From assembly GCA_001643675.2 (NCBI GenBank), contig LSRY02000040.1, positions 558,001 to 622,000 of the forward strand: a stretch of 64,000 nt of DNA, read 5' to 3'. The stretch is from Monocercomonoides exilis PA203 (lineage: Eukaryota > Protista > Preaxostyla). A program made the translations under genes and the position numbers. This document shows positions 27,531 to 40,992 of the stretch, piece after piece; positions within the stretch are counted from its first letter, which is position 1; each line of letters begins with the position of its first letter. The notes under the pieces were generated by a model. It ran no database searches and had not been told where the DNA came from. It worked only from the letters and a program-made list of their open reading frames with translations.

Positions 27531-28987
27531 ATGAGTTTGCCAAATGATGCATCTGAAGACAGAATGCAGATGATGACTAAAACAGAACAGTTTTCAAGTT
27601 TGTTCTTTTGTTTGGATTGAACAATTTTGAACAAAATTTTTGTATTTTAAATGATTTTTGAAGAATTGTTCCATGAACAGGAAGATTGCAGAGAAGTTGA
27701 ACATATGCAAAAAATCGAAGAGATGAATGGATTAATTGATGAAATGAATAAAGAAGAATTCAAATTAGTTTTCACAAAAGAACAGTTCAATGAAATTCAC
27801 CAAATGATTAAAAAAGAGAAAATAACCTTGAAAAATTCCATTTTACTATTGAAGCATGTTGGATATAGCAAGAAACTGAAATGCTTTATTGAATTTGCAT
27901 TTAATGAATCATTATTGCGCGAAAAAATAAGAGAGATGATTATTGATGAAAATGAGAAGAAAAATGATGAAAAGGATGAAAAGCATTTGACTGATCTTTG
28001 CAAATGCTTCACTTTGCTGAATGATAATAAAATTCCTGATGAATTACGTTTAATAATTGTGCCTTGCCTTCTGAAAGCTGCCTCGAAGAAAGAGGGAAAC
28101 GAGGAGACTCAAAAAGAAGCGGAAATAGCTTTACTGGCTTTAAGTCACATTAGCCAATTTTGCGTATGTTCACTTCTATTTCCATTTTGATACTTTTGCA
28201 TTTTTTTCTTATCTTTTATTAGTTATTAGAAAAAGAACTTTACCTCAATGAAATCAAAGAGATAATCAAAAACCATCAGGACCATCACAATCTGACACGG
28301 CTTGCCTATCAGTGTGCTTGGGCGTTTTTGATGCACAGATTTGTTGACGAAAAAAAGTTGGAAGACATAATTGTGAATGATCTGCATTTTGCAAGAGAGG
28401 CAGCAAGAGAAATCGAAGATCTGTCAAAGAGTGTGGATTGGAAGAGAAAAGAAGAAAGAAGAAAAGAAACAAAAGTGAAAGAAGTGTCTGTTATCAAGAG
28501 ATGGCTCGATGTGATTAATGAGTTCACATTCTCATGCACATTATGGAACGAAGAACTTGCTGGACTCATCAGCAGTACTGTTCAAATGATTCGAGCATCA
28601 AGAGATAATTACCCATATACAAGCCATCAAAGCCTCTCTTTATTAAGATGTGCAGCAGAAAAGAGAAAAGAGAAAATTGATGACTTGTTGAAAAGCGGAG
28701 CTATTGGTGCTGTTGTGGAGGAGATTCAGCAGCCAACAATTAATGATGATTTGATAAAGAATTGTTATTATTTCTTTTCGAATATTTCTGAAAGACTGAA
28801 AGAAAAGAAGTATCTCAAAGTTGAAGAAGCGAAAAGAAAGAAAACAAAAAAGAAAGTGCTTGAAAAGATGGAAGAAGAAGGATTTGAAGATATCATTGAA
28901 AGTCTTTATGGATACATTTCTTTTGTTAACGAAAATGATTATGGTGAATTTTCAAGAAACGCTTCTGAATATTTAATGTATCTGTAA
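27531..28987 (+). CDS. Alpha-helical E/K-rich family protein, paralogue 3 (exons 27531-27597, 27664-28163, 28223-28987)
   Basis: Introns 27598-27663 (phase 1) and 28164-28222 (phase 0) are at conserved positions; same motifs as paralogues 1 and 2. Confidence 0.85.
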
Positions 28988-30964
28988 TTGGAATATTCTA
29001 CACATCTCCGTTCATCTCATCTCATCTCAGAAAAGAAGAAAATATGAAGAAGAAAGACGAAAGAAAACGAGCATGTGAAAAAACAAATATGAAAAGATAA
29101 GAAGAGAAGAGAGAAGAGAAAAGATTTCGTTCTGAAGCAACATTTTCAGTTGAATCTGAAGAATATTCAACAAAAATTGTGTGTTCTTCATTCATTTCAT
29201 TCAATCTTCTCATTCTCATCTTCCACTTCGACATCACTCACACACTCTCCCTCCCTCATTCAAACATTCACACAGCATCTGTCTTCATTTCAACAATTGT
29301 GATCTTCCTTTTCTTCTTCTTCTTCTTCTTCTTCTTCATTCGTTTCGACAAAGAAGACAACACACAACTCAGATGAATTGGGATTGAGTCACTTTCAGAT
29401 GATGGATGGAATGGAAGTGAAGGGCAATGAAACAAAATTTGGATGAATTTCAATTGAAGATTTCTGAGCAAAAGAGAAAGAGAATGAGAAAAAAAGAATT
29501 CAATTGAGATTGACTTGTTTCAGCCAAACGGTTTTTAAATAAGATTTTTTTCTTCTTCTTCGTCGTCGTCAGATTAATTGCTGCTTTATTTTGAACAAAA
29601 GAAGTTGATAACAGGTTTCTTCAACAAACATTTCTTTCTTTTTTCTTTCTTTCTTTTTCTTTTTTTTTTTTTTTTTTAGTCTTCTTCTTTTTATTTTTTT
29701 GAACTTTTGCCTTTTGTGAAGAAAAAGTTTGTTTTTGCTTATCCTGTGAGATTTGGGCTATTCCAAATTGAGGACAAGACTGAATCCGTCCTGTTATTTG
29801 CAATAATTGTTCAATTATTGCAATAACTTGCAGGCTTTGGGTCCAGATTCAGTTTCCCAGGAAAACAAACTTTTTATTCACTTTATTCAGGTATGTTTTT
29901 TTTTTTTTTTTTTTCCAAAGGAATGTAGTATTGGTTGCATTTTTTACCCCAACAACTTTAAATGACAAAAAAATATAGAAATTGAAAATCTTGGAAAAAA
30001 AATTGTGGTCGGAACAAAAGTTGGATTGGAAAAATTTTGTCCCAATTATGTTTGTGGAATTCATGTTATTTTTATTTTTTTAAAAAAAAAATATTATTAA
30101 TAGACATTATCAGCAAGATCTCGTTTCACTATTTTTTCCAAATATTTTTCTTATCATTGTTAGAAAAATAATTGTAAAAAAATCTCAGTGTTGATTTTTT
30201 CAAAATGTGGGTTTTCAATTCTCAAAGAATTCACTATTACTTCATTCTCTTTTTCTTCTTTTTTTCTTGACTTTTTTCTATCTTTCTTTTCTGTTTTTTC
30301 TTTATTATAAAAAATCCTCATCAGTCAAAAGAATGTCCTGTATAATAAAACCAGTTTACCATTTTCTTTCATGTACTCAAAAGTTCCTTGAGCAGCTCCG
30401 AATGGATTTCAACTGAAAGATGAAAATGAACAAATGTTTCCATTTATGATGTCTGAATTTCTGATGGAAACAATGAATGAAGAAATACTTAAAAAACAAA
30501 ATCAATGTGAACTTCTCTTCTCATAACGTAAGAAGATTATAAAGCAAATTTGTAATAAAAGTTATGACTTATTTCAATGATATCTATTAAAAAACTCTTC
30601 AATTGAAAGGCTTTTATAGTATGAGAAGTTTGGGGAAAAAAATGAGCAACATTCTTCAGGAGAATTAGAAAACTTCTTCCGTGTCTGAAAAAGCTCTTGA
30701 AGAATGTGTGTCAAGAATGATAAATTATCGAATAAAATTTTTAGTCACAATCCAAATTTATTAAAAGTTTATTTAGAAGTTTGACTGTTTCGACATTTAT
30801 GAATAATGAAGAATTTCTTAGCAAACATTCATTTCCCCCGAAAATGAGTACTGATAAATTTCTAAATATTAATATGTTTTATTGGGACAAAATATTTTGC
30901 TTCATGAATTTTGTTCCATTCTATATTTTTTGAAATTATTTCTCAATTTTAGAATTATTCAGTC

Positions 30965-31738
30965 ACACCATTTATTATTCAAATTTGGAAAACTTATTAT
31001 TCAAAATTGTTAAACTTTTTAATCAAAATTAATAAAAATCAGTCTTTTTTATAAAAAATTATTTTACATAATACGATCACTGGCTGAGTGTCAGAAGGTG
31101 ATTAAAATGTTTTGTTTTTTTCATTATTCTTAAAAAGGATGAAAAATCGAACCCCGATTTTTATTATTTGTGAATAAGCATAAAATTTTTTGATTTTTCA
31201 GAAAAAAAAATCGTTGTCATAAAAATCGGATATTTTTTGAATTATATAACATTGCATTGTTGGATTATATATAATTCAATCAAGAAAAGTTATTGGATAT
31301 AAAAGATCTTAAGATGAACAATAAATAACAAATGAAGAATTTCGAAAATGCATTCATGGATTTTTTCAGTTGTGAAAAATATATATATTCAGTTTGATAA
31401 ATTATAACAAATAAAATATTTTGATTGAATGATGTTTTGCCAAGCAATGAGAGGTTTGTTCGTTTGAAAATTATCCGATTTTTATGACAACGATTTTTTT
31501 TCTGAAAAATCAAAAAATTTTATGCTTATTCACAAATAATAAAAATCGGGGTTCGATTTTTCATCCTTTTTAAGAATAATGAAAAAAACAAAACATTTTA
31601 ATCACCTTCTGACACTCAGCCAGTGATCGTATTATGTAAAATAATTTTTTATAAAAAAGACTGATTTTTATTAATTTTGATTAAAAAGTTTAACAATTTT
31701 GAATAATAAGTTTTCCAAATTTGAATAATAAATGGTGT
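30965..31738. mobile_element. Non-coding element with ~268-bp near-perfect inverted repeats (30965-31232 / 31472-31738) and a ~240-bp spacer
   Basis: Arms are reverse complements from ACACCATTTATTATTCAAATTTGG to AAAAATCGGATA. No coding capacity and no clear TSD. Confidence 0.8.
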
Positions 31739-31982
31739 ATTTCTTGTATTATAATGAAAGACTTATCATAATGCGGTTGCAGAAAAAGTTTTGGATATAT
31801 CTTTTTTTTTCCATAATTGCAGTCATAATCTGATATTATCACATCAGGTTTTGCCCAACTTTTTGTGTCTTCATCCGATTATGATTATTCACGATGTTCC
31901 TTCACACTGAAAAAACAAAAAATAACTAATTAATTTGTTTTGTTAAAAAAAATTATTTTTGATTTTTTGTTAATTCATCATA

Positions 31983-32360
31983 CAGATATCGCACAAATTA
32001 CCGGACATGATCGATATCACGATAACTGCAGAAGGAATAATTCTGATAATTTTCCTCAAAATTTATCTCATCAATACAAACTCAATTGATAAACGAGAAT
32101 TTCAAAACAGCTTTATTTGTGATCAGTAAAAATTTATTTTTGAAATCTCGGAGAAACTCAAAATTCTATTTTTCTGAGATTATAGAAATAATTTTCTCTG
32201 AGCACAAATGGAGCTATTTTGAAAGTCTTGTTTATCAACTGAGTTTGTAATAATGAAATATATTTTGAGGAAAATTATCAGAATTATTCCTCCTGCAGTT
32301 ATCGTGATATCGATCTTGTCCGGAATTTTGTGGGATGTCCGGTAATTTGTGTGATATCTG
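31983..32360. mobile_element. Foldback MITE, Tc1/mariner-type (TA flanks, CAG...CTG termini)
   Basis: TA|CAGATATCGCACAAATTACCGGACAT ... ATGTCCGGTAATTTGTGTGATATCTG|TA. Imperfect symmetry runs almost to the centre (about 32165). Confidence 0.8.
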
Positions 32361-33422
32361 TAAATAGTTTTTTTTTAAATGGGACAAAATATTTGACTTC
32401 AGGCATTTTCATTGAAAAATTATGCACTTCAGATTAACTTTTTGAGATCAAAAAACACAATAAAAATGGGTTCATTTTTTTTAATTCGTGAAATGTTGGA
32501 AAACTATATGTTTTGACTTCAACAATGCCTGTTTACTGGTATGAAAATCAAATTTATTTTGAAATTTGAGAAAGTCAAATAAAGTTATGAGCGAAGTAAT
32601 TTTTCAATGCTATGTGCATTTAAAGCTTTAAAGTCCGTATTTTCACCCAAATGAAAAACGATATTTTAATTATCTAATTATTTTTTTAAGATAAAACTGA
32701 ACACATATTTGAATTTTTGAAAAATCGAAATTCTTGATAAAAAAATCGATTTTTTAGTGAAAATAGCTCCAATTACAAAAAAAGGATATATATATATTTT
32801 GTAAAAAGATTTTATGGATGGAAAATGAATGAAAAACAAGAAAAAATATGTTCTCATTCATTAAAACATTATTATAACATATGGGTGATTTTTTTTGATA
32901 TTATAAAAAAAGATCAAAAATTGAAAAAATAAAATTTATAGTGGTATTTTTTGATCAAAGAGTTTTATTCATTTGTTACAAGTATTTAACTTTTAAAATC
33001 GCAACATATGTTTGTTTTATTTATATATACAAAAAATACATACCTTTTTTCATTAAAAAGAATTTTTTGATCAAGTTTAATTTTAATTTACTTTTAACGA
33101 ATAAATAAAACTTCAGAAAAAAAATAGAAGTTTCAAGACTAACTTTGCAATACTCATAATTGGGAAAAGAAAGCAAAATACATTGAAAAAGTTTTAAATT
33201 TGAATAAAAAAATATTTTTTTTTGACATTCTAAATATGACAATAGTTTGTATCTTTTGTTTCTTTGGCTTCAATATCACATAATCATTATTCCGGTCTAG
33301 TGATTGAGTAACTGGATGGAATTGTGGAAAAGTTAATATTTCCAAGAACAACTGAATAAAATTCTTCTATTTCTCTCTCTTCCCCTGATCTTATAACTTA
33401 TAGACTTCTCTCTCCATCCCCT

Positions 33423-34268
33423 TTGCTCTTCATCCAAAATTTTCCATTATTGTTTCTTTTGCATTCTCATTCTGCATGCACACTCAATCGCTCATTAATC
33501 GCCAAAGAAATTCATTCCCCTCATCCTGCACTTCCTCTTCTTTCTTCTTTCATTTCTTCATTAATTGCTAACTCCCCCGCCCTCTCCCTCTCCCTCACCA
33601 AATGCACCATCACCAACATCAACTCAGAACAGTTGAGCCAACAGACTGCAACCGATGGCGGGTGCATCTCATTCGCAGCATCTACCCCTGCCAACTCCTT
33701 TTCAGTGAGTGACACAGCCTTCTCCAGCTGCTCTGTGAGCGAGGATACAAGTTCTGGAGGAAGAGGTGGCGCTCTCATGATCGAGTTCAATGAAGGCTCA
33801 CAAGTGTCATCCACAACCTTTTCCATAACCAATATCGTGTTTTCAGCCAACAAGGCCAGTGTTGGAAGAGATATGTATTTTGTGTGTGAATCCCTTGTCG
33901 CTTCTGTGAAAGAGCCCTTGTTCGCCTTCATGGGAAACATCACTCAGAAAGACAACTCGGTTGTTGGACATGACAGAACAGAAGCATTTGGCAACTGGAA
34001 TGTTGATTTGTTTAAAATTTCTCTACGAGAATACAGTGACAATGAATATGTGGATAGCAAACTTCAGATCAAAGCAAAATATTGTTGGACATCAAAGATG
34101 CCCTGCAAGAGTGCGCACGATGCGAGGGGGCTTCTGAAGTGGGTGCAATGGAATGTTGCGAAGATAAAGACAAAGAAGACAAAAAAGCTGAAGGTGAAGA
34201 GGAAGATGCAGTTGAAGCAACAGAATAGTTTTTGTGCATGCAATACGAAAAGATATTATGAAAGTTGA
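33423..34268 (+). pseudogene. Internal fragment of a beta-helix/Pmp-like family gene
   Basis: Motifs TDGGCISF, FSSCSV..GRGGALMI, FSANKASVGRDMYF and YCW...PCKS resemble the gene at 1-4686. No signal peptide or ATG start; the frame degrades after about 34130. Confidence 0.65.
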
Positions 34269-34554
34269 TACATGCTATTTCTTATCTTTGAAACTCTTTC
34301 TTTCTCTCTCAATTTCTCCTTCTTCTTCTTCTTTTTTGGAGAGCTCCTTATCCAGCAAAAGAAGAAATTTGCAGAAAGCGTTGAAAGTGGAAGGAGATCG
34401 AGAAGGAGGAGATAAGAAGAAGGATTAGAAGAAGAGAATGAGGAGGAAGAGAAGAAAATGATGCAACTTCCAATACCCACCTGATGCTAACAGCAGCATC
34501 ATCAGAGGACGAGACCATGGAGGGGGACTGGGAAATGAACGACGCAAAAGAAAA

Positions 34555-34670
34555 GGAAGAAGACGAGGAAGAAGACGAGGAAGAAGACGAGGAAGAAGAC
34601 GAGGAAGAAGACGAGGAAGAAGACGAGGAAGAAGACGAGGAAGAAGACGAGGAAGAAGACGAGGAAGAAG
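34555..34670 (+). repeat. 12-bp tandem repeat (GAGGAAGAAGAC)n, about 9 copies
   Basis: Read directly from the sequence; would encode EEED repeats. Confidence 0.9.
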
Positions 34671-36699
34671 AGGGGAGAAAAAGAAAACAAAACACTTTCT
34701 TTAACTCAGGCTCAAACCCTCCCTGCTGCTTCCTCTTCTATCTCTCTTCTCTGTAATTGAGTAAACCGCTTCTTGGTAACCCTTCCACTCAGATGAATTC
34801 GTTGACAATAGGCAGTCATGTAATTTTTCACTAAATATTTTACATCAGACATTTCATCCATACGTGTAAATAAGTCTTCTGCCTCTTCTGCAAAAGATTC
34901 AGATGTCTTGGCCTTCGAAGAAGAAGACGAGGAAGATGAATAGCACAATAAGGTTATTCCGAATATCATCAAATGAAATAATCGACTTCTGTAATTCGCC
35001 CTTTCTTCTTCTTATGCAGTGTCCTTTTCTCTCTCCTTCTATCTCTCCTTCTCTCTCTCCTTCTCTCTCTCCTTCTATTTCATCATCCAAACACTAAGTC
35101 ATTAATGAATTTCTCATTAGGGAGCAATAATTTCTGCAACACATCATCTGACGCTGTTGAAAGCAATGGAAGAAACATGAGCAAAATACTTCATTTCTCT
35201 GGCTGTTGTATTTATGTTGAAAAATTCTCGAACTTGAAAAAAGGATGTTCATCAGTGACGCTACAGAAAACAACTGCAAGATAAGAATCTCAGGTAAACT
35301 GCTTGTCATCCAATTTATTCAGCCATTTTTGCTTCTATTTCCACAAGAAGAGAAAGAAGATCCATTTGAATAAATGTTTGTTTCTGCCGATAACATGCAC
35401 GAACGGGCAAATCACAAATGTGAAGAATACAAGCTCAGCGGCGGTGGTTCAAATTGAGTGAAAAGGAAGGAAGAGACAACTTTGTTGATTGGGGAGCGGG
35501 CTTCAGATGTGATAGTGATTGAATATGATGGGAAGAACAGAACATCCTGCACTATTATGTCGCTTCAACAGTAGGAGGACATCAATGAAGAAGAAGAACA
35601 TTGCAATGAGTTGGTTGATGTTGGAGAGCTGGAAAAGCCCGTAAGGCGTGGTCATGTGGCAGCTATTGTGGAACTTGATATGGAAAAAAATGAAGGTGTC
35701 CAACTTATTGAGGATATTTGATGAAATAATGCTTTTCGTGAAAGTAGAATTCAAGTGAAGAGAATAAGTTGCGCTGTTCAGAGGCCGAAGAGAAGGAAAG
35801 CTGGAGCGTCTGGAATGAGAGGCATTTTCAGAAAAGAAGGGGTAATGGAAAAGAAGGAGAGATCTCTTTTGCAAGAAAGAAGAAAGGATGTTTGCTTTGG
35901 ATGAAGGGCGCTTGACGGGCTCGAACAGGGTTGAGATGATGCTATCAGTGGATGGTAGATTTGAGAAATAAGAAGAAGGCGATGATGACGAAGAGAAGAT
36001 GTTTCGAGAAAAAGCAAGGGTGAGCGGTGTGGAGGCAGACAGCTGCATCACAGGAACAATAACGTCAACATCAAGTGCGCAGGAGATGGTTCCCAGTTCA
36101 GTCTTTTTCATCAGCTTTGATTCCAATGCTGACACAAACACTGGGAAGTTATCCTGGAAGAGATCCGCAGCCCATGCTTCGCGATCGAAACTGATTGAAA
36201 ATAAGTGATTTAGTGAGGGATGATTCATATGGATGAATATTAATTGATTGAATTAATTGAATAAAAAATTTGAATAAGATTAATTTGAAAAACATGAAAT
36301 GGAATAAAAGCAAAATATTCAATAATAGAAAAATATAACAAACCTTATTAAATGAGGAATCGCACTTTGATCTCTTCTTGATCAGAACACATTGGCTATT
36401 GATTGTTTGAGTCACAACAGAGTGGATAGATTGAGCGTCTTAATGATTTCTAAGGAAATGTTGTTCGAACAGGCATTTCGATGCATATTGTCAATTAGCA
36501 CTTTCACAAAATGACAGTTGAAATCAGCACACAAATTCCTGTCAAGAATGTCTGTGAAAAACAAGAGTGAATTTAAAGCAAATAGTTCAAAATTTAAAAA
36601 GAATATGAAATAAAAATAGAAATAAATTATTTGTTTTTAATTGATAATATTTCTTAATTAAATATAAAGAAAATCAACTCAAACATTTCTTCCAATCTT

Positions 36700-39600
36700 C
36701 TCCATCACCAACATTAATCCGCCTGAAATTCTGTTCTTTTCTCTCGCCGAGCTCAGAATATCCTCCACCTTTGACTCCCTTCGCTTTCCTTAAACACCCC
36801 ATCTTTAAAAATCTAGTCAATTTTGTTTGTAATTAGCCAAGTTTCACCAAAGATAAAAGAATTCTTTAGCCAGTCTTCTAAAGATTTCAACACTTGGGGA
36901 GTGAAACTTCGCCTCTTCTCCAAACTTCTTCTCATGTGTTATAAACTGTGTCTTCTTTTCATTCGCAATCCTATTTAACTATATGATAGACTTCTTCGCC
37001 TGCGTTTCTGCCCCGCTCAAATCAGACAACAACAAATACAACTCAGACTGGTAGATTCCATTGAAGCTTCCATTTCCCCTCTTCTCTGCTGCTTCCACCG
37101 CATTCTTCAGTAACTGGTCTGCGTATTGTAACTCAAATACAACCCCACAAAGCTTTCCAAACTCTCTTCTATTGTATCCTTCCAGACAATGCGAAAAACC
37201 GTGTAGGTTAGAGAACTTTACAAGGTGGTCCGCACCTAAAACTAGCTAGTCATTCGTCGTTCACTTCTCATCGACGGTAAGTCTGTCGCTTTTAACAATC
37301 AAGTTCTCGTTCAGCGCATAAAACAGGTTCGTGACAACATCCAACTACGCACACGAAATATACAGCGTGCGCTCAATATTCACTAACGGAATCTTCTATG
37401 TCTGCTCCTTCTCTTGCTGCTGCTGCCTCTGGAACAAATTCATAACATGCTGATGGCTTAACGAAGGCTGAGTGGTAAGCAAAAGAGAAGATATATCGCA
37501 GTTAACATGCCGAGTGTTCATCGCATATTGTGTTTATAGAAGATGTTGACCTTCACCTCTCCCGCATTGGCGTCAGTGCCCTTCGGCATTCCAGCTTTCC
37601 TCTCTTTTCCCGATGCGATTTCTCAGCCCGCTTCACCTGGCTCAGGCGCAGAAGTGGGACATCCCCGAACCCATCACTTCTTTCCGTCTGCTCTCCGCTC
37701 GTTCTCTCTGTCCAACGCTCTTGGCCTTCTCCTCCGCTCTTTCATCCATCTGATGCCCCAAATCCTATCTTCGGCTCCACACCCAATCAACTTGTCCACG
37801 ATGTAAGCGAGCCAAACAGAAAATTAGATACTGCGGCTTCCGATGGCTCCGATGTCGTGATAAATGAAAGACGCTGTTCCTTCTCTTCGCTTGCTTTGTG
37901 CCGTACTGCATACGGACGGAAGCAATATGGCTCAAGCTCATCCGGTTCTGGTGACCATGGAAGTGTTGCGAACAGCGGCTCCCCTAATCCGTCTCCTGCA
38001 GATCCATTTTGGGCTTCAGCTTCCCCCTCTAATTCCTCTCGCTCCTTCTCCCCCTTCGTCCTCGTGCCTCTCGTCCTGGACATTGTCCTGGTCTTTTTGC
38101 TGTGCTTCCTTTTCCGCTTCTTTCGTCATTCTGCCCTGCCTCGCTGCACCCCGCTCTTCATGCTCCATGCTCTCTCCCGTTCCACTTTCTTTTTCATCTC
38201 CACTTCTGTCTTCTCCATCCTCTTTGGAGTCTCTATCTTCATTTCCACTCTCCTCTGCATCTTCGCCATCGCCAGTCCGCTCGTATCTCCAAGGAAGATG
38301 GCGGCGGCGGTAGTGCGGATGCTGATGATGATAGCAGTGGTGGCGGCGGCTGTTGCAATGCTCATCGACATCCACATGCAACGCCTCCTCCTCTTCTCCT
38401 GGCTACACAGAATCCCTCAACACCATCCGCTCCACCATCCGCTGCGGATAAACAAGGACAACACTGTCTGGCTGCGAATACAGAAACGTCATCTCCTTTC
38501 GGCTTCTCGCTGTCGCTGGTGCAGATGTCCTTCCTTCCGCCCATTCTCCAGACCTTTTCCCTCTCGGCGTTTCTCCCTCAAAATCCTCCTCAAAATCCTC
38601 CTCAAAATCCTCATCTCTCCTTCCTCTTCCAATCTTTGTTCTTCCCTCTGCCTCCTTCCCATCTCCTCTCTCATCCTCCATCACGTAGCAATTCTCGCTG
38701 ACTTCTCCCCTTTCTCTTTCTTCTCCTTCTTCTCCCCTCTTCAGAATGTGCTCTTCCATCGTCTGCTTCTGCTACTGATCCTCTTCTCGTCTGTTCTTCC
38801 AAACCCCATTCATCTCCCCTCCACTCTCGCCCTTTCTGCCTCTGCTCCAAATAGAACTCTCACCTCGCTTCTTCTCTCCTCTGCCTCGCAAGCATCGTCT
38901 TGCTCATCTCCATTGCCCTCCTCTTCGCGTTCTTCTCTCCCAGCTTTCGGTTCAGCCGCAGCCTTATCTCCCGCATCTTCACCGCCCCTTCCCTCCACTC
39001 CCGCTCCTTCTCGTCCTCCCGCAGCATCACTGACACCTTGAACTCTTCCCCCACATTCATCTTCTTCTGCACCGTCGTCACACGCGAAAGCTCCGATTCC
39101 TTAAAGAACTCACCCCGCGGCTTCAGCAGCAGCAGCGTCGGCGACACCCCTTCTGCTGCCCCAGCTGCCCGCCGCCGCCGCAGCTCCTGCTTCCCCGACC
39201 CTGCCCGCTCTGCCTCCCACCGCTCAAACTGCCCAACCGACTCCTGCATTTTGTTCTTCGACTGTCAACTCCCGGTATGCCATGTTTCAGCCCATCACCA
39301 ACCAAATGGACGCGCACCAACACCGCACCATCTGTTTTCTGCTCGCAATTCTGAGACTAGCATATTCAACAGACGCGTCTGCTTCGTCAAAAAAAGCCAT
39401 GTGAGAATGTTTTCTGTATCTGAATCAGAGAAAAAATAAAATAAAATCATGAAATGGCCTTAAAATATTACAAATATTAAGTTCAAAATTGATTTTTAAA
39501 AAAATGAAGATTGAATTAAATGGATTGAACAAAATAACCTTTCTAATTTTCTATTCTGCCCCTTTCTATTCTCATTCCTTTATCTCTCCTCCTTCTTTAG

Positions 39601-39980
39601 TTCTCGGTCGTTTCCTTTCTTTGCAGTTCAGCTTCTGTAACAAATGTCTCCCTTGTCCTGCATCTAATCGAAGCATTCTTTTGCTTTTCTTGCTCTTTCG
39701 CAGCTGTCTTCCGCCAACAAACAATTGAATTCCCCGTCTCATTGCATTAGCCACAACGCGCTGTGAAAGCACTTTCACATTAAAAATATGCCACTTCTTC
39801 AATAATAGCTGCAACTCGCCAAGAAGATGAATGAATGAATGATATTTCATTCGTCTTGTTGGCGCACGAGCAGCAGAGTGAACTCAATCAGCGCCAGAAA
39901 ATATGTTCGCTTGAAAGAAGCATCTGAAGAATTCTCCATTTTTTAAAAACCATTTCCATAAAAGCAGCAACGCAAGATAA
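36700..39980 (-). pseudogene. Decayed multi-exon host gene whose 5' part is duplicated in inverted orientation at about 54240-55334
   Basis: GC-rich, codon-like E/G/R-rich minus-strand sequence with multiple stops and frameshifts, and an AT-rich intron-like block at about 39420-39540. Product not recognisable. Confidence 0.4.
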
Positions 39981-40572
39981 ATACAGGCCAACAGTTTAAG
40001 AATCAGATATTACTGACAAACAAACATAAAATATAAAGATTTTGAATATATTTTGACATATTTTTTAAAAAAAGTGGTAAATAAAAAATATATTTGAGAA
40101 ATAATAGCATTACAACAAACATTAAAAAACAGAAAGTTAAAGCAAACCTGTAAAAAGTTGGAAAAGCAAGTGATTTTAAAGAAATGAAAGAAACAAAACT
40201 CCAGCTTTAATCAGAACCATATCTTTTTGAAATTTTGAATATTTATTGAAAAAAAAAAACAAATATCAGAAAAATTTTTATTGTTTGTCTAATTGTTATA
40301 TACGTGATAAGAGTTAGTAAAATGTTTTTTTTGATTTTTAAAACGTTGTATTTGAAGAGCATCAGCTCTTTTTCTTTGTCCAAACAATGGCGATCACAAA
40401 ATGACAGAATCCTCAGGGGTCTTTTTTTTGCATAAAATGATTGTTTTCACCATTTTAACTTCATCTATAGCCAAAAAACTGCATTCTTCTACCTGCAATT
40501 TTCGCCCTTTAACGCTTATTTTTTTGATCTTTTTGACCCCTTGGAAATTCGGATCATGGGTCAGATCCTTTT
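38886..40572 (+). repeat. Left arm of a ~1.69-kb inverted duplication (partner 53648-55334)
   Basis: Position x pairs with 94220-x at both ends and at the mirrored identical ORFs (39572..39850 / 54370..54648; 39123..39323 / 54897..55097). Confidence 0.95.
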
Positions 40573-40611
40573 TTTCATTCAAACTTTTAAAAATTTTTTT
40601 GAAAAGATTTT
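40382..40611 (+). repeat. Putative left element end/TIR, outer copy
   Basis: 230-bp match to 43037-43266; the first ~190 bp are the reverse complement of 53648-53838. Confidence 0.85.
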
Positions 40612-40992
40612 ACATGTTTATTGACATATGTTATTATCTCAAACTTAATATTTTCGATATTGATATTTGAACTTTGCTAATCAGTTTTTTGCTTCATTAT
40701 TATTGATTCTTTTTTTTCAGAAATTTGGGTATTTTATTATTAAATTAGAAATGATTTTTTTATTCACAATTTCAATAGTCATATGGTTTCAAAAGTCATG
40801 TTACGTGAAAAAAATGTTGATTGAATATTAGAATATTGTTGTCTTGTATTCAACGAATTGCAAAACGAATCAAAAATAAAAAATGTTAAAAAACAAAGAA
40901 AAAAAAAGAGAGAGAAGAGAAAAAAATTTTTTTCAAAAAAATATCTGGCAAAAAAAAAGAAAGAAAGAAAGAAAAATAAACTAAATAACAAT

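Noticed and set aside
30400-30780. Possible Tc1/mariner transposase remnant (E.VWG...RRIRK..P.SEKALEECV-like)
   Set aside because: Too decayed; no catalytic motifs could be read reliably.
34555-34670. Regular repeats as a CRISPR-like array
   Set aside because: Simple tandem repeats with no unique spacers; the same applies to 49830-50040.
37530-39041. 503-aa plus-strand ORF
   Set aside because: S/P/L/F-rich antisense shadow of the purine-rich decayed minus-strand gene; no domain features.
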